Shown piece after piece: positions 8,522-15,625 of a DNA stretch of 36,138 bases (positions within the stretch are counted from its first letter, which is position 1; each line of letters opens with the position of its first letter). This DNA is from Candidatus Aenigmatarchaeota archaeon (GTDB taxonomy: Archaea; Aenigmatarchaeota; Aenigmatarchaeia; Aenigmatarchaeales; JACQIB01), in contig JAWABM010000006.1 in NCBI GenBank assembly GCA_038999215.1, forward strand, positions 1 through 36,138. Direction: 5' to 3'. Below the pieces are notes generated by a model. It saw only the letters and a program-made list of their open reading frames with translations. It was not told the origin of the DNA and ran no database searches. The position numbers were made by a program, and so were the translations under genes.

Positions 8522-8917
8522 TTGTCGTTCGGTGTGGGCCGCGCTATCACAATTAAATTGTGCGAGACAATCTTGAGGGCTCATCAGCTACTCTTGTTTC
8601 GGCACGTAGCCATTGGGGCGGTCCAGTCATTGCCCGGACTGCCTCGCAAAAAACCTATTCCATACCCTGGTATACCGCAGTCATCGATATGGCTACCAAA
8701 CTCTGAAAGTTTCGGTCACAGCCGGAGCTAACGCTCGGTCTATGCGGTTCATCTTAGGGATATGGAAAGCAGGATCGGTGGTGACTTCATTTATCATCCG
8801 CACGCATCAACCGCTGTCGCAGTCTGCTTTCACCTGCGCGCGTCTAGCTATCGAAATAACCCATCCTCATTCCCTGCTTGAAAGACCCGTTGAATCATGC
8901 GCATCCCACTACCAAAT
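8522..8917 (-). other. archaeal BHB intron 1 in 23S rRNA (396 nt, after the G2597 equivalent), no ORF
   Basis: The 4-bp helix GTCG/CGAC carries TGA and AAA bulges, and the intron stem is TTTGGT-A-GTGGG/CCCAC-ACCGAA. Cutting after the 2nd bulge nucleotide restores CGTCGTGAGACAG. Confidence 0.92.
8767..8879 (-). ncRNA. intron-encoded box C/D guide module with three K-turns
   Basis: The 8-bp terminal stem is AAGCAGGG/TCCTGCTT. Box pairs are C ATGAGGA/D CCGA, D' TAGA/C' ATGATAA and inner GTGAAAG/TTGA. Guides match 9211-9220 and 9007-9015. Confidence 0.72.
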
Positions 8918-9081
8918 CACGACGTACTGAACCCAGCTAATGTCCCCCTTTAATCAGTGAACACCTGCACCCTTGGCTACAGCTGCGCAGCCAGGAGGGG
9001 GGAAGCCGACAGCGAGGTAGCAACGCGCGGGGTCGATAGGAGCTCTCGCCCGCCACGACTCGGTTATCCCCGGGGTAGCTT

Positions 9082-9207
9082 AATCAGGTTACGGGCACCG
9101 AATGCGGGCAGAGGCCGTCTTCCCGACAATTGCAACTCGTCATGGCTATCGCCACAACTGATTCCAAAATTAAAGACCGCGTCTCTGCCCGCCCGATATC
9201 CGAAACT
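9082..9207 (-). other. archaeal BHB intron 2 in 23S rRNA (126 nt, after the A2433 equivalent)
   Basis: The helix TCAG/CTGA carries AAA and TTA bulges, and the long intron hairpin includes a perfect GCGGGCAGAG/CTCTGCCCGC. Splicing restores TCAGAAAAGCTACC. Confidence 0.93.
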
Positions 9208-11676
9208 TTCTGAAGTCACCGGCATCCATCAAGGACAGACTGGTGTATCGCTAGCCCACGCTTTCGCGGCTGGATCCTTTACTTTGAAGGGTCCAGTCAG
9301 GCTTCCTTTTGCGCTTACACTCTACTCCCGATTTCTGACCGGGATGAGGAAACCTTTGGGCACCCTTGATCTTCTGTCAAGGGTGTACCGCCCCAGCCAA
9401 GCTGTCCACCAACCGGTGTCCCCCCGAGTTGAGGGTTAGCCATATGTTCACAAAATGGCAGTGTTACATTGTCGCCTATCCGATGCCCAAAAGCATCGGC
9501 ATGACGGCTCCTGCCTACGCTATGAAGCCGCAAACATACAGCAACGACAGGCTACAGCAGAGCTCCACGGGGTCTTCTCTTCCCTCTGAAGGTCTGTGGC
9601 CTATTCACCACAATAGCAGGTTCGCCGGGTTCCAACCCGGGACAGCGAGGATGTCGTTAACCCCTTCATGCAGGCCGACAATTAATCGGCAAGGGATTAC
9701 GCTACCTTAAGACGGTCAGAGTTACCGCCGCCGTTTACGGGGGCTTGGCCCGGTTGAGACCGGGTTTAACACACCCGCACTGGGCAGGACTCACTGACTA
9801 TACTCAGGATTTCTCCTTAGCAGTCAGCTATGTTTTTGTTAAACAGTCGCATCCTCCTTGTCACTGAGACCTACCTGATCGCCAGGTAGGCAAGGGTTCT
9901 ACCGAAGATACCCCTCTAATTTGCCGAGTTCCCTGGATTGGTGTCTCCCGTGACGCCGACGCCTTCTCAGCAAGAGTCACCTGTGTCGGTTCTTGATACG
10001 ATCGCGCCCAATCCGACAGGCCTCATTTTCATGGGCTCCCGGAATCGCCCGAACCCCGGTATACACCAGGGCTGTTATCGCCTTCGCCCGGTTCTCTCCT
10101 TGACGGAACTTCCCGGGATTGAACGGTTAACTTGCGTCGGACTATCCTGAAGCGTCTGAGGCCTGCCTTGCGTTGCCGCGTGTATGGCCGCGGTGCAGGA
10201 ATATTAACCTGCTTCCCTTTCCCGTCCGTCAGTTAAGGGGACGGTTAGGATCGACTAACTCCCGGTTGATAGACATTGCCGGGAAACTCTTGCTCTTCTG
10301 GCGGTTAGGATTCCAACCTAACTTTGCTGCTACTAACAGCAGGATTCTCATTCCCGCGCGGTCCACGCCTGCTTGCGCAGACGCTTCCGCCCGCGCGGAA
10401 CGCCTCCCTACGCTATGACTTTCGTCATCTGGGGTCTCGGTGGTGGACTTACTCCCGTCCATCTTCACCGCACTGCTCCTCGATGGGTCCGCTGTTACGC
10501 GTTGATTATCGGGTGGCTGCTTCTGAGCCTACCGTCCCACTGTTTTTGGAGAAGCACCAGCTTTGTGACTTAGCCCACACTTTGGGACCTTAACCCCAGG
10601 CCAGCTTGTTTGCTCTTCGGATACCAAGCTTACCCCGGTACCCTCACTCCCGCCTTCTACGACGCCGACAGATTATGAGTTTGACAGGAACGTCAGAGGT
10701 TTCCCTCCGTATCATCCCAATCAGTGCTTTACCCCATCGGCGGTCTCCAGCGAGGCTGTGCTGAGGCACATTTCGAGAGGAACCAGCTATCACCGCTTTC
10801 GATTGGCTTTTCACCCCTATGCCCAGGTCACCTGGCCGATTAGGATCAGGATCAGTAGCGGGCCTCCACGCGGCTTTCGCCGCGCTTCGCCCTACCCAGG
10901 TATAGATCAAGCGGTTTCTGGTATTATCCCCGTGACTCCCCGCCCTTTCAGACGGCGCCCCTGGTTGCCTGCGGGCATGTCGCTTTCGCTGCGGCTACGC
11001 GCACAGCGCTTAACCTTGCCACGAGAATAAACTCCCTGCCACGTGTTTCGAAACGGAGATCATGACGCTGCAAAGCCCTCCTCCTACACACCCATTTCTG
11101 GACTTTCGTTCGGAAGGCCGCCTTTCACGCCATGACTGACTATCACTGGCTGGTTTCAAGCTCTTTTCATCTTCTATGAAGAATGCTTTTCAGCTTTCTC
11201 TCACGATACTTGTTCGCTATCGGACTCCGGACATATTTAGGGTTGGATGTTGATGCCACCCGTCTTCCCACAGCATATCCGAGCTGAGGTACTCGATTTC
11301 CGCAATCACCTTTCCTCCCTTCCCCTAAGGGGCTATCACCCTCTATGGCACGCCTTTCCAGGCGACTTCGGGTCAGAAGGCGAAGGTGTGCGCGGCTCCC
11401 ACATCTCCCTGCGTTTCCGCAGGGATTCGGTTCGCCCTGCTCCGCTTTCACTCGCCGTTACTAACGGAATCGCATTGCTTTCTCCTCCTCCGCTTATTAA
11501 GATGCTTCATTTCAGCGGGTTCCCTTTCCCCGAAGGGAATGCCGGCCGAAGCCGGCGTGAGGTCACATTGAGCAATCCACGGTTCTAAGGCCGCTTGCGC
11601 CTCGCCGTGGCTTATCGCAGCTTGCTACGACCTTCATCGGTGCCGGAGCCAAGCTATCCACCAGACAGTTTGTGGT

Positions 11677-11713
11677 GTTTAGACCTTTACCTTAGCACTT
11701 TCCTGCAACGGCA
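11677..11713 (-). other. 5' arm of the pre-23S BHB processing stem
   Basis: TGCCGTTGCAGGA-AA-GTGCT-AAGG-TAA-AGGTCTAAAC forms a 4-bp AAGG/CCTT helix between the 3-nt bulges TAA and AAA. Confidence 0.9.
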
Positions 11714-11737
11714 TCATCGTGAAATAAATTTCACTAC

Positions 11738-11809
11738 GGAAGCTCTAACGACCGTCCTGAAGTCATCACCCTGCGGTTCCTCAGGTGTTCTGCTCTTATC
11801 ACAGCTCCC
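11738..11809 (-). ncRNA. box C/D sRNA in the 23S 5' leader (predicted Cm1920-equivalent guide)
   Basis: Terminal stem GGGAGC/GCTTCC encloses C GTGATAA, D' CTGA, C' GTGATGA and D TAGA. The D guide AGGACGGTCG is complementary to 9709-9718. Confidence 0.78.
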
Positions 11810-12116
11810 TTCTTCTACCCTTCCACCGCCAACGGCATCTGTCGCGGTGTGCATCCTTTGCCGTCCTTTACCCCGTGGGTCGGTCATCGCCTTCCGGCTC
11901 CGCAGACAATACACGGACCAGTCATGCGGCAAGCCATGCTGATGCATGACAATGATAGTTGATTTCGATGGGTTTTGATAAACCCAAAGGAATTTTGACC
12001 CTTTAAGGTCAGAAAAAGCGTCATCTCGTCGCCGATTCAGCCAGGTTTCCAATGAATTCCTAATCGTTGAACATACAAAGCCACCTTTATGGCAAGTATA
12101 TAGTGCCTCCCGAAGG

Positions 12117-12130
12117 TATTTAAAGGTTTT
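12117..12130 (-). promoter_or_regulatory. BRE/TATA promoter candidate for the 23S transcript
   Basis: AAAACC-TTTAAATA on the minus strand, which implies a leader of about 400 nt. Confidence 0.6.
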
Positions 12131-12189
12131 GACGGCGACTGCAAACGCAATGCGGTAGTATTTATCCTTTTTCTGCGCATTATTCTTTC

Positions 12190-12771
12190 ATGCAGAAGCC
12201 GGCATACTCGCAATCGATAGTGGAGCAGGCGAGATTCATAGACGATTTCTCGACATTCATGAACAGCGTGGGCGACTGCTGGATAGGAGGAGGTTGGTGC
12301 GCATCTCTGATAACCGAGAGACTCCAGAGGGAGCACGGCGGGGTCGATCTGTGCGCAGAATCCAGCAACAGGGAGGACATACTGGACTATCTTCTCGACA
12401 ACGGGTTCTCCATAAGAGCGCAGACAAAGAACAAGCTTATAGCGAACAAGGATGATCTGAGGGCGTACATAGTGCTCATGGACTACGCCAACGGATGCTT
12501 CATGTTTTCGACCGAGAAATTCTACAAGAACATAAGGGTGCCGAAGGAATTCTTCAGGCGCCACGAAGGAAGCATAGAAGACCTAGGTCTTGCGGCGATA
12601 ACGCTGACTCCGGCCCTGTTCGTGAGCTCGAAGAAGGCGTACGGGAGCCACATGCGGGACAAGGACCTTTCGGACATAAGGGCCGTCGAAGCAAAGCTCG
12701 CGGAAGAAGGAATGGAAAAAGAGAGGGAGCTTTACGAGAAGGAGAGCAGGGAACTCCTGGCCTACAGGTAG
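12190..12771 (+). CDS. nucleotidyltransferase-fold protein (ANT(2'')/LnuA-like), possibly catalytically degenerate
   Basis: WIGGGW, R-E-H-x-x-V-D and C-terminal RDKDLSD patterns. Confidence 0.6.
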   Translation: MQKPAYSQSIVEQARFIDDFSTFMNSVGDCWIGGGWCASLITERLQREHGGVDLCAESSNREDILDYLLDNGFSIRAQTKNKLIANKDDLRAYIVLMDYANGCFMFSTEKFYKNIRVPKEFFRRHEGSIEDLGLAAITLTPALFVSSKKAYGSHMRDKDLSDIRAVEAKLAEEGMEKERELYEKESRELLAYR

Positions 12772-12773
12772 GA

Positions 12774-14027
12774 TCAGGTCTTGCTTATCAGTATTTCCAT
12801 GAACTCGTCTATGGTTATTACCGGGCCGCGTGAGCAGCTGTGCTCGTCGTACCCCCTTACTTCATTGGGCTGCACATCCTTGCCGTAAATCGCGAAAGGG
12901 AACGCGCCCGACTCGTGCATGCCCGAAAATATAGAAGTTATGTGGTCTGACGTCACAACCAGAAGTGTCGAGGAAACGTCGAGATATTCCATTATCCTCT
13001 TGAAGACCTCCCTGTCTATTTTCTCTATGAAGCCGCGCTTGGTGTCGAACTTCCTGTCGTGCGCAGCGACATCCGGGCCTAGTATGTGAAGGATGACAAA
13101 ATCGTGCTTCCTGAGCGCGTCAAGGGCCGCCATGGCCTTGTCCCTCAGGTTCGTGTTAAGGTCGCCTGTAGCGCCCGGAACGTCGATGACGTCCATGCCC
13201 GTCGCCCGCGCGATGCCCCTTACGACCGGGGAGGCGGCCACGCAGGCGGCCTTCTTGCCGAACATGTTCTCGAACGAATCAATCTCCCGCCGCATGCTCG
13301 CTCCGCGGAGAAGAATCATGTTGGCAGGATTCATTCTGAACTTGTTGGCAGGGTGCTCCTTCATTATCCTGCCGGCCTCGCGCGTCCACCTGTTCAGCAC
13401 ACTCGCTGTGTGAACGGCCGCATTGTCGTTGGTGAGCGGCTTTATCTCCTGCACCTTCATGCCAGCGACGCCGGGGTCGGAATCGCTCACGTGCGGCGAG
13501 GCGAGCACGTTCCTCAGCATGACTATGCACCTGTGGCCGACAGACTTGTGGAAGCGCACTACAGTTCCGTCGATGCTTATGCTTGCAATGCTCTCGGCAA
13601 TCTCCTTGAGCCCCTCCTTCTCCCTGCCGGCGCGGCGGTCCAGCACGATGAAATCCGGCTGCAGCAGGGTCTTGGGATTGTACGGCACGGTGCTCATCGA
13701 AGAGGGGACCTCACGCACAGTGGCGAAATTGGCGCGTATGCACACCTCGTCAGGCTTCGGGTCAAGGCCTATGCCCAGTGCGTCCAGATAGCCCCTTCCA
13801 GGATAGTCCTTTGGGTCGTAACCGAAAAGCGCGAAAGTCGAAACTCCGGAATCGGGGCCAAATTTGTCTGTACCGAGGCGGTTGTCTATCAGGCCGGCAA
13901 AGCCCTTTTCGGCAAAGAAGTCGAGCGCCGGCTTATTCGCCGCCTGCAGAGTCGTCTGCTTGCCTTCAATAAGGCCGTCGGCCGCGCCGTCAAGTATAAC
14001 GAGCAATACCTTCTTGGCCATAATCAT
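12774..14027 (-). CDS. apgM: 2,3-bisphosphoglycerate-independent phosphoglycerate mutase, archaeal type
   Basis: Motifs ILDGAAD, PDSG, GYDP..YPGRG, RANFAT, DRRAGR, PDVAAHD and TSDH. Shares an ATGA overlap with the AMP phosphorylase gene. Confidence 0.92.
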   Translation of the reverse strand: MIMAKKVLLVILDGAADGLIEGKQTTLQAANKPALDFFAEKGFAGLIDNRLGTDKFGPDSGVSTFALFGYDPKDYPGRGYLDALGIGLDPKPDEVCIRANFATVREVPSSMSTVPYNPKTLLQPDFIVLDRRAGREKEGLKEIAESIASISIDGTVVRFHKSVGHRCIVMLRNVLASPHVSDSDPGVAGMKVQEIKPLTNDNAAVHTASVLNRWTREAGRIMKEHPANKFRMNPANMILLRGASMRREIDSFENMFGKKAACVAASPVVRGIARATGMDVIDVPGATGDLNTNLRDKAMAALDALRKHDFVILHILGPDVAAHDRKFDTKRGFIEKIDREVFKRIMEYLDVSSTLLVVTSDHITSIFSGMHESGAFPFAIYGKDVQPNEVRGYDEHSCSRGPVITIDEFMEILISKT

Positions 14028-15583
14028 CTCTCCAGCATGAACGCCTTCCTGTGAATCATCTTGTCTGGGGCAACACCCATGAGCATCCTCCTCTCGATGC
14101 TCTCGTCCACTATCGTGGGCTCCATTGTCTCGGCCATTTTTGCGGCATTGCCGAGCCTCCTCTGGTTCTCGGCGTAAAGCGTCATCAGCAGCTCGCCCTT
14201 CTTAACGCTATCGCCTATCTTCTTGTTGAGCATTATCCCAGCCTTCTTGTCCTGCGGCGCGCCGAGCTCCTTCGCTATCATGGCTATCTCCGCGTTCTTC
14301 ATCCACAGGACCTTGCCGGACTTCTTGGAGAATATCCGGGCAGTCCTCTTGGCCAGCGCGATGTCGGACGATCTTATCTTCGGATCCCCTCCCTGCGCGC
14401 CTATTATCTCCTTCATCTTTTTGAGCGCCTTCCCGCTGCCCAATATCTCCAGCGCCAGCTTCTTTCCGGCATCAATATTTCTGCTCTTTCCAGTCAACTC
14501 GAAGAGCGCTCCGACGACCGAAACTACCTTCTCGACAACGTCGGCAGGCCCCCTGCCCTCCAAGGTCTGCAAGGCCTCGCGGGCCTCGAGCGCAGGCCCG
14601 ATGCCGTTGCCAAGCGGCTGCTCTCCAAATGTTATGGCGCAGGCTATGTTCATGCCCATCCTCCTCCCGAGGTCCCTGAACTCGGATGCGAGCGAATATG
14701 CGCTGCCGATTGTTTTTATCTTGGCACCCCTGCCTGTAGGTATGTCTATCACCACGTACTTGGCGCCCACGGCCTTCTTCTTGGACATTATCGACGGAAG
14801 CATAAGCGGGTCTACGCCCAGCGGATGCTCGATCCTTATGAAAACATCGTCCGCAGGGGCAAGGTCAAGCGAACCCCCCCAGACAAGGCATCCGTTGGTC
14901 TTCTTGACGACCTTGTAAATCTCCTCTATGCCGAGGTCCACCGGCGCGATGACCTCCATCCTGTCGGCCGTTCCGGCCGGCGAAGTTATGGCCCTCGACG
15001 AGGTCTTCGGTATTGTCAATCCGGCCGCGGCTATTATCGGGACGGCTATCATCGATGTCTTGTCCCCCGGTATTCCGCCGACCGAGTGCTTGTCGCATAT
15101 CTTCTTTCCCTTTATTTTCAGGCGCTTGCCTGTCTCGACCATGGCCATGGAAAGGCCTTCGGCCTCGTCCATCGAGAGCGGGTGGTCATGGAGCGACATG
15201 ACGAAGGCGGAAAGCTCTATGTCCGACAAATGGCGTTCGACAACGTCCTTCACTATTTCCTTCATCTTCATGCGGTCGAGCCTTATTCCGTTTATCCTCT
15301 GCCTCACATATCTGACCGATTCCGGCGCCTCGGCAGGGACAACCTCGACCATGTCGCCCTGCCTGAACTTGAAGAACCTCGTAACCTCGCTGTTTGTGAC
15401 CACGTATCCCTTTTCAACGAACTTCTCGGCCACGTCCACTATCGCTATCAAGGTCCTGCCGTTCTTCCTGAGAACCGCCCTTTCCAGGACGCCTATACCC
15501 ATCTCGCCTGCGTCAGACTTGTTGAGCATAACTATGCCTATGCCGCCGGCCTCGAAGCCCATAGGCCTGACCTTAAGGTTCAT
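14024..15583 (-). CDS. AMP phosphorylase
   Basis: Motifs DKHSVGGIPGDKT, PKTSSRAITSPAGTAD, WGGSLDLAPADD, SIMSKK and GIGPALEA, with the N-terminal extension typical of AMP phosphorylases. Confidence 0.95.
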   Translation of the reverse strand: MNLKVRPMGFEAGGIGIVMLNKSDAGEMGIGVLERAVLRKNGRTLIAIVDVAEKFVEKGYVVTNSEVTRFFKFRQGDMVEVVPAEAPESVRYVRQRINGIRLDRMKMKEIVKDVVERHLSDIELSAFVMSLHDHPLSMDEAEGLSMAMVETGKRLKIKGKKICDKHSVGGIPGDKTSMIAVPIIAAAGLTIPKTSSRAITSPAGTADRMEVIAPVDLGIEEIYKVVKKTNGCLVWGGSLDLAPADDVFIRIEHPLGVDPLMLPSIMSKKKAVGAKYVVIDIPTGRGAKIKTIGSAYSLASEFRDLGRRMGMNIACAITFGEQPLGNGIGPALEAREALQTLEGRGPADVVEKVVSVVGALFELTGKSRNIDAGKKLALEILGSGKALKKMKEIIGAQGGDPKIRSSDIALAKRTARIFSKKSGKVLWMKNAEIAMIAKELGAPQDKKAGIMLNKKIGDSVKKGELLMTLYAENQRRLGNAAKMAETMEPTIVDESIERRMLMGVAPDKMIHRKAFMLER

Positions 15584-15625
15584 ATCGCACCCTCAATATA
15601 GTTTTGGAGAAGGCGCTATTTAAAA

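Larger units (their letters stand above)
8235..11686 (-). rRNA. rrl: 23S rRNA (archaeal), interrupted by two BHB introns
   Basis: Universal 23S segments are present on the minus strand: 5' GGTGGATAGCTTGGCTC, H69 GGTAACTCTGACC, GAGAAGACCCCG, P-loop TGGGGCGG, GGGATAAC, GCTGGGTT and SRL AGTACGAAAGGAAC. Length without the 522 nt of introns is about 2.93 kb. Mature ends are approximate. Confidence 0.97.

Noticed and set aside
8575..8605. Hammerhead-like words (GAAAC...CTGATGA) in intron 1
   Set aside because: Only 9 nt separate GAAA and CTGATGA, so stems I and III cannot form. The TGATGA fits a K-turn better.
8700..8707. TCAGAGTT 8-mer complementary to the H69 loop
   Set aside because: Many 8-mer matches are expected by chance, it is partly paired in a stem, and no D box follows.
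8847..8863. GGTTATTTC as a guide for the 2445-2453 region
   Set aside because: It needs G-U pairs, it is sequestered in a UUCG hairpin, and the nearest D-like count would hit catalytic A2451.
8522..8917. Group I intron interpretation
   Set aside because: The intron does not end in G, no P7 core was recognised, and BHB cleavage geometry restores the exon exactly.
8613..8930. 105-aa ORF over intron 1 as a homing endonuclease
   Set aside because: It is antisense to the rRNA transcript and has no LAGLIDADG, HNH or GIY-YIG motif.
8957..11588. Numerous ORFs inside the 23S gene
   Set aside because: These are spurious translations of rRNA.
11714..12052. 112-aa minus-strand ORF in the 23S leader
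   Set aside because: It has atypical composition and no recognisable motif, and it overlaps the C/D sRNA and hairpins.
14051..15601. Long + strand ORFs opposite real genes (also 668-1633, 13086-14054, 21662-22642)
   Set aside because: They are antisense shadow frames caused by codon bias and have no protein motifs.
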